From: Candidatus Omnitrophota bacterium | Lineage (GTDB): Bacteria > Omnitrophota > Gorgyraeia > Gygaellales > Profunditerraquicolaceae | Direction: 5' to 3' | DNA length: 64,000 nt | NCBI GenBank assembly: GCA_043808425.1 | Contig: JAZDEW010000064.1 | Span: 11,772 to 75,771 of the forward strand | In this document: positions 28,083 to 37,560 of the stretch, one piece after another | Layout of the letters: every line of letters begins with the position of its first letter | Numbering within the stretch: position 1 is the stretch's first letter | The notes under the pieces: model-generated | Seen by the model: only the letters and a program-made list of their open reading frames with translations | The model's database searches: none | What the model was told of the DNA's origin: nothing | Position numbers and translations under genes: made by a program

Positions 28083-29777
28083 TTGTCTTCTTGCCTCCAC
28101 AGGTATTTGGCTTCCTTTTAAGTAACGGATAACATCTCCGGCGACTTTTTGAAATACCGGAGCAGCAACTACCCCGCCAAAATAATAGGGATGCGGCTCA
28201 TCCACGGTCACCACGATAGTTAATAAAGGGTCTTCGGCAGGTAAAAAACCAATAAAAGAAGCCACAAACTTATTATGAGAATAACTTCCATCCGGCTCAA
28301 CTTTCTGGGCAGTACCCGTTTTACCGGCAGCGCTAAACCCCAGAACCTTACCCATTTTACCTGTTCCTTCCTCAATTACTCCGGTAAGGATTTTTTTAAT
28401 TCGCAGCGCCGTATCCACAGAAATAACTTTACGCATCAATACTGGTTTATTTTGCTTAATAATCCGGCCCTGATTATCACGCACAGAATCAATAATATAC
28501 GGCTTCATTAATTGCCCCCCATTAGCAATTACGGAAATTGCGCTAGCCAATTGCAAAGCACTCACCCCTACTTCGTGCCCCATAGGCACCGAGGTAATCG
28601 ATGCCTTCGACCAAAGACGCGGCGGGCTAATCATCCCCGATATTTCTCCGGAAAGATCAATTCCTAATTTTGATCCAAAACCAAAAGCCCGGATGTATTG
28701 ATACAACATATCCGGGCCTAAAAGCTGGGCCACCTTAACAGTGCCGATATTACTAGACTCTTCAATAATCTCCCTAAAAGTAAGCCGGCCATGCGGTTTA
28801 TGGTCATGCAAAATACGGCCCCCTACCTGGTAAGATCCATTTTCACAAAAAAATACATCTTTCTCCGTAACCTTTTTTTCTTCCAGCGCGGCAGAAGCGG
28901 TAACTATTTTAAATACTGAACCAGGCTCAAATAAATCACAAATTGCCCGATTTCGCATCGAATCCTTACTCGCGCCAGAATGATTATTTAGATCATAAGT
29001 AGGCCGATTAGCCATAGCTAAGATCCTACCGGTATGCGGGTCCATCACCACGATACTAGCGCCCTTAGCGTGAAAATCGATAAAAGCCTTATCTAGCTCT
29101 CTCTCCGCGATATATTGAACAACCTCATCAATGGTCAAAACTAAATCCATACCATCTTGCGGCAAAACCATCTTCTCCCAAATATCTAATTTTTTCATCC
29201 GCGCATCACGTAAAAAAATCGCCCAGCCAGGAACACCTTTTAAATAATTATCAAAGCTTCTCTCTACGCCCTCTAGGCCAATATTATCCATACCGCTAAA
29301 ACCAATAATGTGGCTAGCCAAATAACTATTTGGATAAATACGTTTAGTTTCCCTTAAAAACCCTAATCCTTTAATATTTAAATTCTTGATTGCCTCGGAT
29401 TTATCCGGAGCAAGCTTACGCGCCAGCCAAATAAAAGACTTTTTACGACTCAATCTATCCTGCAAATAGCTGTGCTTTAAGCCAAGTATGGGCAATAATT
29501 GCCTGATAACAGACTCTTTGTCTTTAATAATATTAGGAACAGCATAAAGAGAATCCATGGACATATTAAATGCCTGCGCCTTAAGATTACAGTCATAGAT
29601 TGCCCCGCGAGGCGGTTCCAACTCCACAAGCTGATTATGTTGTTTTTTAGCGATTGAGGTAAGATAATCCGAACGGAATAGCTGAATAAAAAAAAGTCGG
29701 CCCACGCAAAGCAAAAGAAATACAAAAAAAATCAAAAACACCGCCTCACATCTTCGGCGATAGTTACTGATATACAC
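28080..29777 (-). CDS. ftsI: Penicillin-binding protein 3 (FtsI)
   Basis: RGAIYD, EPGSVFK, SSN, KTGTAQ; position in dcw cluster. Confidence 0.95.
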   Translation of the reverse strand: MYISNYRRRCEAVFLIFFVFLLLCVGRLFFIQLFRSDYLTSIAKKQHNQLVELEPPRGAIYDCNLKAQAFNMSMDSLYAVPNIIKDKESVIRQLLPILGLKHSYLQDRLSRKKSFIWLARKLAPDKSEAIKNLNIKGLGFLRETKRIYPNSYLASHIIGFSGMDNIGLEGVERSFDNYLKGVPGWAIFLRDARMKKLDIWEKMVLPQDGMDLVLTIDEVVQYIAERELDKAFIDFHAKGASIVVMDPHTGRILAMANRPTYDLNNHSGASKDSMRNRAICDLFEPGSVFKIVTASAALEEKKVTEKDVFFCENGSYQVGGRILHDHKPHGRLTFREIIEESSNIGTVKVAQLLGPDMLYQYIRAFGFGSKLGIDLSGEISGMISPPRLWSKASITSVPMGHEVGVSALQLASAISVIANGGQLMKPYIIDSVRDNQGRIIKQNKPVLMRKVISVDTALRIKKILTGVIEEGTGKMGKVLGFSAAGKTGTAQKVEPDGSYSHNKFVASFIGFLPAEDPLLTIVVTVDEPHPYYFGGVVAAPVFQKVAGDVIRYLKGSQIPVEARRQ

Positions 29778-29801
29778 TATGTTCCTTAGGAATGATAAAT
29801 C

Positions 29802-30170
29802 TTAGGGGTTAATTGTTTTTGCTTGAGCTTCCCGTTTCAAACTAAAAATCCGCGCTAATAAACCTTCCTGGCCTTGCCCTTGATCCGCAAGCTTTAAGCT
29901 GCCAGATGAAGAAATAAATTTAACAAAACGATAGTTATCCGGCATTTGGAAATCATTACTACCACTAATACGCGCACCAATATTTACCAAAGAAGAGCTT
30001 TTGTTAATATTATACCTCAATGCCGTATTTTTATCCAGCAGTTCCGTAAAAACAACCTGCTTTTTCTGCCCCAGATAAGCCAGACGAAAAATTTCACTTT
30101 GTTGATAAACATAAAGCACGCAAAAAGATGTAATAAATACTACCGTGGAAAAAAACTTGGTCAGCTTCAT
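29802..30170 (-). CDS. FtsL-like cell division protein
   Basis: Short N-terminus, TM, leucine-rich helix; canonical position between rsmH and ftsI. Confidence 0.65.
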   Translation of the reverse strand: MKLTKFFSTVVFITSFCVLYVYQQSEIFRLAYLGQKKQVVFTELLDKNTALRYNINKSSSLVNIGARISGSNDFQMPDNYRFVKFISSSGSLKLADQGQGQEGLLARIFSLKREAQAKTINP

Positions 30171-30176
30171 ATAACT

Positions 30177-31079
30177 TTATATCCTTTCGGCAACTCTGAA
30201 TTTAGAACTGCGGCTAGAAGGATTCACTTCTATCTCGCCAAATCCCGGGGTCAGAGGCTTAGTAGTAATAATATCAATTAATCCGTCGGCCTTAAGCGCG
30301 CGGAATGTATGCTTGATCGCGCGATCTTCCAAAGAATGAAATGAAATAACACATATTCTAGCCTGCTTTTTTAAAATATCAACAGCTTTCTTAATTGTAT
30401 TTTCCAGAATTTCTAATTCTCTATTTACGGCGATACGCACGGCTTGAAAAGTACGCGTAGCCGGATGAATGCGGTAATAACTCCGCCGATATCGATGCGG
30501 GATGGCGCGCATTACTAAATTAGCTAACTGCGTAGTTGTAGCGATCGGTTCATTCCTGCGTTCCTGGACTAATAAATGCGCAATACGATTATGCCAACGC
30601 TCCTGCCCAAAATTCCAAAGCATCTGAGAAATTTCGTCTTCATTAAGGTTATTTACTAAATCAAACGCACAAATATAACTACTTTTATCCAAACGCATAT
30701 CTAGCGGACCCTCCTCCTGAAAGCTAAACCCTCTATGCGCATCATGCAGCTGATAACTAGAGATCCCTAAATCAAAAACAATACCATCAATCTTCTCAAT
30801 ACCCAAATTGGCTAAAATTTGATCTAAATCCACAAAATTTGCATGCACGAATTCAGTGTTATCTTTAAAATCTGCCAGCCTTTGACGGCAAAGCGCCAAG
30901 GAATCTTCATCCCGGTCTATCCCAATCAACCTGCCTTGCGGAGTAATTCTCTTTAATATCTCCAGTGCGTGCCCACCAGTACCTAAAGTCGCATCAACAA
31001 TTATTTGTCCGGGCACTGGCTTTAGAAAATCCAACACTTCCTGCAGCATCACCGGAACGTGCAACTTCTCAATTAACAT
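30177..31079 (-). CDS. rsmH: 16S rRNA m4C1402 methyltransferase
   Basis: HVPVM, DATLGTGGH, DLGISS.QL, PLDMR, HPATRTFQA, FHSLEDR. Confidence 0.98.
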   Translation of the reverse strand: MLIEKLHVPVMLQEVLDFLKPVPGQIIVDATLGTGGHALEILKRITPQGRLIGIDRDEDSLALCRQRLADFKDNTEFVHANFVDLDQILANLGIEKIDGIVFDLGISSYQLHDAHRGFSFQEEGPLDMRLDKSSYICAFDLVNNLNEDEISQMLWNFGQERWHNRIAHLLVQERRNEPIATTTQLANLVMRAIPHRYRRSYYRIHPATRTFQAVRIAVNRELEILENTIKKAVDILKKQARICVISFHSLEDRAIKHTFRALKADGLIDIITTKPLTPGFGEIEVNPSSRSSKFRVAERI

Positions 31080-31517
31080 TTATACGTCCATTAATTTTTC
31101 GGCAATTTCTTCAAAAGACTGACGACTATTGGCATAAAAATCATACCATAAATTTTTTGCCCAAATCTCAATCCGGTTAGAAACACCCACGATCATCACA
31201 TCTTTTTTAATATCGGCAAAATCTTTCAAATATGGCGGCAAAAGAATCCTGCCCTGCTTATCCGCATTCACATCCACCGCGCCACTAAAAAGCAGCCGAT
31301 TAAAAGTACGCGACTGCTGTTTAGTAAACGACATAGTTTTAAATTTATTTTCTTGAAGACCCCACTCTTCTTCTGAAAACATAAAAAGGCATTTATCTAA
31401 ACCCCGCGTAACAAAGAATTTTTCAATAAATTGATTTTTAGCAACTTCACGAAATTTGGCCGGTAATATTAAACGCCCCTTACGATCTATCGAATGCTCA
31501 AACTCACCATAGAACAT
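31080..31517 (-). CDS. mraZ: Transcriptional regulator MraZ
   Basis: MFYGEFEHSIDRKGR, DKQGRI, RIEIW. Confidence 0.98.
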   Translation of the reverse strand: MFYGEFEHSIDRKGRLILPAKFREVAKNQFIEKFFVTRGLDKCLFMFSEEEWGLQENKFKTMSFTKQQSRTFNRLLFSGAVDVNADKQGRILLPPYLKDFADIKKDVMIVGVSNRIEIWAKNLWYDFYANSRQSFEEIAEKLMDV

Positions 31518-31530
31518 TTTATTCTTCCTT

Positions 31531-31556
31531 CCACTTTACTCCACTTTTATCCACTT
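31531..31556 (-). promoter_or_regulatory. MraZ operator: three AAGTGG repeats at 10 bp spacing
   Basis: CCACTT at 31531, 31541 and 31551, matching the known GTGG(G) MraZ-binding repeats upstream of mraZ. Confidence 0.85.
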
Positions 31557-31564
31557 ATGCACCA

Positions 31565-31593
31565 AGTATAGATAAAATCCCTCCCCTTGTCAA
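31565..31593 (-). promoter_or_regulatory. Sigma70-type promoter of the dcw cluster
   Basis: Minus strand TTGACA-17 nt-TATACT directly upstream of the MraZ repeats. Confidence 0.85.
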
Positions 31594-31629
31594 GATAAAA
31601 ATTACCTAAATACTACCAATACAAGCTTT

Positions 31630-31638
31630 TGTGGATAA
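31630..31638 (-). promoter_or_regulatory. Possible DnaA box
   Basis: Perfect TTATCCACA on the minus strand, ~40 bp upstream of the dcw -35. Confidence 0.4.
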
Positions 31639-31671
31639 AACGATTGCGACACCTAGCTATTGTGGTATGAT

Positions 31672-32580
31672 CTAAAAAGGGAGTAAAATTTTATGACAGG
31701 AGATAACGTCTTTTTGAATCTGTGCGGATAAATCCCTTAAACTCGCGAATTTTTGATCCAAACGTATTAATTTAATAAACTGAATTTCCAACAACTTTCC
31801 ATAAATATTTTTATGAAAATCAAATATATGCACTTCTATGCGTAGAGTATTTTTTTTAAGATGAATCGTCGGCCTTTTGCCGATGTAGCAGACGCCCTTA
31901 TATTTTTTTTTAGAAAATACAATTTGCACCGCATAAATACCTACCGGCGGAATAACTTCATGATGCGCCTTAATATTAGCCGTAGGAAACCCTAATAACC
32001 TCCCTAACCGGCTGCCTTTAATCACCGTTCCCAAAACACTTACCCGACGGCCAAGCAGGCGGTCAGCTTCTTTAATTTTAGATTTTTTTATTAATCTTCT
32101 TATGGCCGTGCTACTAATCGGCAAGTCGCCGGATTTTACAATATCAAAAATTCTAACTCTAAACTTATACCTCTTCGCCTCTTTAACTAGCAATCTATAA
32201 TCACCCAGAGCTTGTTTACCAAAACGAAAATTTTTCCCCACATAAACAAAACGCGCTTTAATTTTATCAACTAGTATTTTAGTAATAAAATCTTGAGCGC
32301 TAATTTTCGCGAAACTGTGGCTAAAATTAACCACCATGCATACATCCGACCCTAACTCGGCAATCAACCTTAAGCGATGCCCTAAAGAATACAGGCTTGC
32401 TTTTCCTTGCGGATGCGGGAAAAAAGTTAAAATTAAACTAGTGCCATTGATTTGATTAGCTTTTCTAACTACGGCCTGTAAAATATTGCGGTGGCCAAGA
32501 TGTAGGCCGTCAAAAACCCCCAAGGCCACTACCGGCCTGCGTAGTTTTCCGATCTTTCCTAAACCATAGATAATTTTCAT
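31672..32580 (-). CDS. ribF: Bifunctional riboflavin kinase/FAD synthetase
   Basis: GVFDGLHLGH, ISSTAIR, GFPTAN, EVHIFDF. Confidence 0.96.
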   Translation of the reverse strand: MKIIYGLGKIGKLRRPVVALGVFDGLHLGHRNILQAVVRKANQINGTSLILTFFPHPQGKASLYSLGHRLRLIAELGSDVCMVVNFSHSFAKISAQDFITKILVDKIKARFVYVGKNFRFGKQALGDYRLLVKEAKRYKFRVRIFDIVKSGDLPISSTAIRRLIKKSKIKEADRLLGRRVSVLGTVIKGSRLGRLLGFPTANIKAHHEVIPPVGIYAVQIVFSKKKYKGVCYIGKRPTIHLKKNTLRIEVHIFDFHKNIYGKLLEIQFIKLIRLDQKFASLRDLSAQIQKDVISCHKILLPF

Positions 32581-32641
32581 CAGATTTTCTACACACTGAT
32601 TATAAATACAGTAAAATACTTATAAATAAAACGAGCAGAAG

Positions 32642-33613
32642 CTATTTTAAGTCCTGACAAATTTTAGCAATAACTTTACCTCGCACAGCCAAGAACCCTC
32701 CGGGAATAGTGCAACCGGCGGCAGTCTTATGCCCTCCCCCTCCAAAAAAAGATGCGATCTTATTTACGTCAACCTTACCCTGGCTTCTTAAATTAACACG
32801 GATCTGGGATTTTAAGCTTAAGCTATCCTTAAATAATACTACCACCTCTACTCCTTTAATCGCCCGGCCAAAATTTAAAGCATAGTCCGCTAAATCAGTC
32901 CCCGGTATTTTAGCTCCGGATGGCTCAGCAGCGATTCTAAGGGCAGCAATCCTTCCCCGGCCAAAAAATTTTATTTCTAACAATAATTTAAGCAGCGATT
33001 TTACCTCTGAGGGCAAAATATTTTCATAAGCATAACGATAGACCCGCGCGACATTAATTTTAAATTTCAAAAGTTCCGCGGCAGCCTTAAACGTAGAACT
33101 AGAAGTATTAGAATAGCGAAATGATCCTGTGTCCGTCATGATGCCCGTGTACAAAACTAAAGCGGTGTTTTTATCCAACGGCAAACGTAGATGTTTATAC
33201 AACCGATAAATCATCTCTGAGCAGGAAGAGGCCCGCGCGTCTACCCAATTTACATCGCCAAAGGCCTGATTGCTAATATGATGATCAATATTTAATACCG
33301 GCTTATGATCGATGTTAAGCTTATGGACTCTTCCTGTGCGCTTTAAGTCCGCGCAATCCAGAACCACTAAACAATCAAATTTAATAGATTTAAATTTCTG
33401 GCCTAAGCGGCGAATATATTTAATCCCGGGAAGAAAATCATAACCATAAGGTAATTGATCATCGCTCATGATTATGGCCCGTTTACCTAATTTTTTAATA
33501 AGCCTATAAAACCCCAGCGCAGAACCCAGGGCATCAGCCTCCGGGCTGATATGAGCAGTAATCAAAAAATTATTATATTTCTCTATACTCTGGCAGATTT
33601 CATTTAGGCTCAT
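32642..33613 (-). CDS. nrnA: DHH/DHHA1 oligoribonuclease/PAP phosphatase NrnA
   Basis: HISPEADALGS, IDHH, DTGSF, GGGGHKTAAG. Confidence 0.93.
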   Translation of the reverse strand: MSLNEICQSIEKYNNFLITAHISPEADALGSALGFYRLIKKLGKRAIIMSDDQLPYGYDFLPGIKYIRRLGQKFKSIKFDCLVVLDCADLKRTGRVHKLNIDHKPVLNIDHHISNQAFGDVNWVDARASSCSEMIYRLYKHLRLPLDKNTALVLYTGIMTDTGSFRYSNTSSSTFKAAAELLKFKINVARVYRYAYENILPSEVKSLLKLLLEIKFFGRGRIAALRIAAEPSGAKIPGTDLADYALNFGRAIKGVEVVVLFKDSLSLKSQIRVNLRSQGKVDVNKIASFFGGGGHKTAAGCTIPGGFLAVRGKVIAKICQDLK

Positions 33614-33701
33614 CTTACACCTTCCTGCCTGCCGGCAGGCAGGCTTTCTTAATTAATTTATCAAACTGCATAACTTTAATAATTAAATACTTAGCTAAGT
33701 G
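33614..33701. mobile_element. MITE-like junction element with nested CCTGCC palindrome
   Basis: ACACCTTC[CTGCCTGCCGGCAGGCAGG]CTTTCTT...AATAATTAAATACTTAG; similar to 27986-28082. Confidence 0.7.
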
Positions 33702-34114
33702 CCTGGCTCTTCCGTTTTTTTTGCTTGATCAGGAGTCTCCGACGCAGGTGGAACAACCGCCCCTGGCTCCTTGCTGTCAACGGGTTTTATCTTGTTTAAT
33801 ATCTCCTGAATCTTAACGCTATACTCAATAGAATGATCCTCTTGAAACATCAGCTCAGTGGCAAAACGCATATTAATCCTCTGGGCCACCAGGCTGCGGA
33901 TATACCCTAAAGCAGAATCCAGGGCGATTTTAGTTTTTTTACAGGTATCCTCTTTACCCAAAACGCTATAAAAAATATTCGCATTTTTTAAATCCTTAGA
34001 CAGCTCTACCCGCGTGATCGTGACAAAACCTATACGCGGATCTTTAAGCTCGTCATGGATAATAAGACTAACTTCTTTTTTAATCGCCTCTTCAACACGC
34101 TGTTGTCTAGACAT
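33695..34114 (-). CDS. rbfA: 30S ribosome-binding factor A
   Basis: KDPRIGFVTIT.V.LSKDL, PELxF-like ATELMF; low-complexity tail. Confidence 0.95.
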   Translation of the reverse strand: MSRQQRVEEAIKKEVSLIIHDELKDPRIGFVTITRVELSKDLKNANIFYSVLGKEDTCKKTKIALDSALGYIRSLVAQRINMRFATELMFQEDHSIEYSVKIQEILNKIKPVDSKEPGAVVPPASETPDQAKKTEEPGT

Positions 34115-34117
34115 CTT

Positions 34118-35410
34118 TTATACGCTCCGTTTCTGTTTATTGGCCCGCACTAACTTTCTAATTAAAGCCAGCTCAGTTCGACGATTACTTACCTGCCCAT
34201 TAAGCTTGGCCGCTAATACTTTAGCAAATATCTCTTGATACTCCGGCCCCGGTAAAACACCTAGCCGCCCCAAATCATTTCCGCCAACACAAAGACGCAT
34301 GCCGTTATAAATCTCAAAAAAATCTGCCAGGTGCTTTTTAAAATTTATATTTTGTGAAATAGCGCTAACTAAGATAATCATTTCATAGCTTAAGGGCTCA
34401 AGTAATGAAAAAATCCGCTCCGGTAACACTTGCTTCTTGCTCAAAAAAGAAATAAGCTTATCTTCTTCCCGGCAATAGCTGATAATCCGCTTCTGATCAC
34501 CCTTGGGCAAGCCTAGCCGGTGAATAATCACTTTAATCTCAAGCAAAGTGAACGGTTCCAAGAGTGCCATAAAATAAACCAACCAAATATCCAGCTGTCT
34601 GCGCGCGGGAAAATTTGCCATAAAGCCTGAAATTTTTTTAGCGATTGACCTAAATAAAACTTGTGTTGATTTTCCAATTTTTAACTTAGGGCTAATAAAA
34701 GATAGCGCGCCTAAATCACCCAGCGCCTTTATCAGCCCGTAAGGATTCTGCTCCTTAAGTATCAATATCAATTCATCCCGCATTCTATGCGGATTTACTT
34801 TATTTAACAAACTATCACTGATAGCCTCCTTAAGTAACGCAAGCGTTTTAGGCTCAAGCTTAAAATTAAAACGATGGCTAAAGCGTATCGCTCTGAATAT
34901 CCGCGTAGGGTCATCCTGAAAACTTAAATTGTGTAAAATACGGATTCTGCCTGCGGCCAGATCAATTTGAGCGCCATAAGGATCAATTGTTGCTTGGCCC
35001 CCATCTGCCCCTAAGCTTAACGCCATGGCATTGATCGTAAAATCCCGGCGCTTAAGGTCTTCAGTTAATGATCCTGAACTTACCACCGGAAGTGCCGCGG
35101 AATGAGGATATTCTTCCTGACGCGTAGTAGAAATATCCACTTTTAACCCATTATTTAAAATTAAGGTAGCCGTGCCAAACCGCTCATAAATTTTTAAATT
35201 TGCTTTTAATTTTTGCGCCAAATGCTTGGCAAAAATAATACCGCTTCCTTCAATCGCAATGTCTAAGTCCAGATTCTTAACCCCTAAAATTAAATCGCGT
35301 AAACATCCGCCGACCAGGTATGCCGGCATCCGAATTTCCTCAGAAACACCGGAAACCTGACGAATAGCTTCTCTTAATTCTCGAGGTAGTTTTTTTATAT
35401 ATTTTTTCAT
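34118..35410 (-). CDS. Class II tRNA nucleotidyltransferase (CCA- or A-adding)
   Basis: LVGGCLRD, DLD, EDLKRRDFTINAMA, DDPTRIFRAIRF. Confidence 0.9.
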   Translation of the reverse strand: MKKYIKKLPRELREAIRQVSGVSEEIRMPAYLVGGCLRDLILGVKNLDLDIAIEGSGIIFAKHLAQKLKANLKIYERFGTATLILNNGLKVDISTTRQEEYPHSAALPVVSSGSLTEDLKRRDFTINAMALSLGADGGQATIDPYGAQIDLAAGRIRILHNLSFQDDPTRIFRAIRFSHRFNFKLEPKTLALLKEAISDSLLNKVNPHRMRDELILILKEQNPYGLIKALGDLGALSFISPKLKIGKSTQVLFRSIAKKISGFMANFPARRQLDIWLVYFMALLEPFTLLEIKVIIHRLGLPKGDQKRIISYCREEDKLISFLSKKQVLPERIFSLLEPLSYEMIILVSAISQNINFKKHLADFFEIYNGMRLCVGGNDLGRLGVLPGPEYQEIFAKVLAAKLNGQVSNRRTELALIRKLVRANKQKRSV

Positions 35411-35419
35411 CTTCTCCCA

Positions 35420-35468
35420 ACCTACGACCTATGACCTATCAGCTATGACCTGCGACCTACGACCTATC
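35420..35468. repeat. Heptamer tandem repeat, 7 units of ACCTAYG
   Basis: ACCTACG ACCTATG ACCTATC AGCTATG ACCTGCG ACCTACG ACCTATC. Confidence 0.85.
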
Positions 35469-35469
35469 A

Positions 35470-36357
35470 CTATGGCCGCGGATGAAACATCTGATAAACC
35501 GTTTTAAGCCGCTCTTTATCGATATGCGTATAAATCTGGGTTGTCGAGATATCAGAGTGTCCCAGCATCTCCTGCACTGAACGCAGATCCGCGCCTCTTT
35601 CCAGTAGATGCGTGGCAAATGAATGCCTAAGAGTATGCACTTTTATCGATTTTTTAATTTTAGCCTCTTGGGCATACCGCTTAATTAATTTCCAAACAGA
35701 CTGCCGGGATAGCTTAGCCCCAGAACGACTGATAAAAATAAACTCTGAAGTTTTTTGTTTTAAAAAATACGGCCGGCTGAATTCTAAATAACGATTAATA
35801 CCATGAATAGCTTTTTTGCCCAACGGAATAATCCTCTCCTTATCTCCCTTTCCAATACAACGCAAAAATCCAATATCTAAATTAACATTATTAGTTTTAA
35901 GATTGCTTAATTCCGATACGCGCATTCCTGTGGCATAAAGAGTTTCTAAAATTGCCTTATCTCTAGCGCCCTGGCGCTCACGCACATCAGGCTGGCTAAT
36001 TAATAACTCCACTTCATTTAAAGAAAGGGTGTCCGGAATCTTCTTCCACAATTTTGGAGAATCAATCAAAGTAGTCGGATCGCTTTTTAAAACTCTTTCT
36101 CTGGCTAAAAAACGATGAAACATGCGTATCGCCGCCAAACGGCGCGAGATACTTACCGGCGATATTCCAGCAGTTTTTTGAAAAAGCATAAATTCCACAA
36201 TGTCGTTTTTAGTAACCTTGGAAAGCGCCGATATTCCTCGTTTATCAATAAAATCCAAATAAAGATTCAAATCCACCCGATAGGCAAAAATGGTATTTTT
36301 AGCCAGAGCGCGCTCAACCAAAAGATAATCTAAAAATGAGTCAATAAGTTCTTTCAC
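35470..36357 (-). CDS. xerD: Site-specific tyrosine recombinase XerD
   Basis: LYATGMRVSEL, GKGDKER, HTLRHSFATHLL, DLRSVQEMLGH, TTQIYTH; housekeeping context. Confidence 0.93.
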   Translation of the reverse strand: MKELIDSFLDYLLVERALAKNTIFAYRVDLNLYLDFIDKRGISALSKVTKNDIVEFMLFQKTAGISPVSISRRLAAIRMFHRFLARERVLKSDPTTLIDSPKLWKKIPDTLSLNEVELLISQPDVRERQGARDKAILETLYATGMRVSELSNLKTNNVNLDIGFLRCIGKGDKERIIPLGKKAIHGINRYLEFSRPYFLKQKTSEFIFISRSGAKLSRQSVWKLIKRYAQEAKIKKSIKVHTLRHSFATHLLERGADLRSVQEMLGHSDISTTQIYTHIDKERLKTVYQMFHPRP

Positions 36358-36433
36358 CTCGCACCTTCTTTTCTATTTAATACATTAAACCAGACAGCTT
36401 TAATGATGGAATATCCAGAAGGTGCGGGGCTCA
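36356..36433. mobile_element. MITE-like junction element (CCCGCACCTTCT family)
   Basis: Inverted arms CCTCGCACCTTCT and AGAAGGTGCGGGG around a ~48 bp AT-rich spacer. Confidence 0.75.
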
Positions 36434-37054
36434 TTATACCCTAAACAGGTTGTTGTTCTTTTCTCTTCCAATGGTGGTAGCGGCTCCGTGCCCCGGATAA
36501 ACTTTAGTATTATCCGGCAAGACAAATAATCTATCTCTAATCGCCTCCTCCAACCGCTGCTGACTGCCTCCCGGTAAATCAGAGCGCCCTACACCCTGAC
36601 AAAACAAAGTGTCGCCGGTAAAAATAATATCTGTTTGCGGTTTTCTCATCAAAAGGCCGATACCTCCCGGAGTATGTCCGGGCAGATGCATTACCTCCAA
36701 TTCCAAACAATCTAATTTAATAATTTCTTTATCCTGTAAAGCTTTAATCTCAGAATTAACCTGATAGGCCAAAGAAAAACTAGCAGAAAAGTTTTTTCGG
36801 GCATCCACAAGCATAGGAAGATCCATTTTATGCGCATAAACCAAAACGCCAAATTCGTCGTCACTGCCGATATGGTCATAATGCCCATGCGTATTGATCA
36901 CCATAGCCGGTTTTAAACTATGCTTATCTAAAACCGCCTTAATCTTAAGGTGCTGATCGCCAGGATCGATAATAACCGCCGGCCCGCCGCCGGCGCAAGC
37001 CAGAATATAACAATTAACCTGCATCGAGCCAACCTTGACTGTTTCTAAGATCAT
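36434..37054 (-). CDS. MBL-fold metallo-hydrolase (glyoxalase II/GloC-like)
   Basis: THGHYDHIG, PGHTPG, GDTLF, PGHG. Confidence 0.92.
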   Translation of the reverse strand: MILETVKVGSMQVNCYILACAGGGPAVIIDPGDQHLKIKAVLDKHSLKPAMVINTHGHYDHIGSDDEFGVLVYAHKMDLPMLVDARKNFSASFSLAYQVNSEIKALQDKEIIKLDCLELEVMHLPGHTPGGIGLLMRKPQTDIIFTGDTLFCQGVGRSDLPGGSQQRLEEAIRDRLFVLPDNTKVYPGHGAATTIGREKNNNLFRV

Positions 37055-37560
37055 TTTAAATAATTTTTTATCTTTGGATAAATAAATCTTTTATGAATGC
37101 TAGACTTAATCCGCTCAGCCACCTGCCGATTCCGGCCATTATTAACCCCATAAATATCACTTTTTACATAAATCAAGAGGTCATCTAATTTAGCAATCTC
37201 TATGTCAAAATTTTTCTGGGCATCCGCTACCAGCATCAATTTCAGGTTAACCAGATTCTTTAAAGCCTCTTGAGTACAATCTACTTTTTTCTTTAAGCTT
37301 GCCTTTTGGGTCAAGGCATTGATCAGCTCATCCTGCCAAGAGCTCCAATAAAGATAATACTGCCGATAAATCTCCTCTTTAGTCATATCCGGGCCTTTAT
37401 ATTCCTGCGGAACAAGAACCATCTCTACCGCTGCATCCGGCTTTTTAGATTTACGGGTAAATTTTCGCGTAAAAGCCTCGCAACCAAAAACAGCAGTTAG
37501 CAGGCAGCAAATAACGGTGAGAAAAAAAATCTTTTTAAAAATATATTTGACATTTGTCAT
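37051..37560 (-). CDS. Hypothetical lipoprotein
   Basis: Basic N-terminus, hydrophobic stretch, AVFG-C lipobox-like site; 4 bp overlaps with both neighbours. Confidence 0.7.
   Translation of the reverse strand: MTNVKYIFKKIFFLTVICCLLTAVFGCEAFTRKFTRKSKKPDAAVEMVLVPQEYKGPDMTKEEIYRQYYLYWSSWQDELINALTQKASLKKKVDCTQEALKNLVNLKLMLVADAQKNFDIEIAKLDDLLIYVKSDIYGVNNGRNRQVAERIKSSIHKRFIYPKIKNYLK

Noticed and set aside
35470-36357. Tyrosine recombinase as the island integrase
   Set aside because: Typical XerD length and motifs, set among housekeeping genes 3.6 kb from the island.
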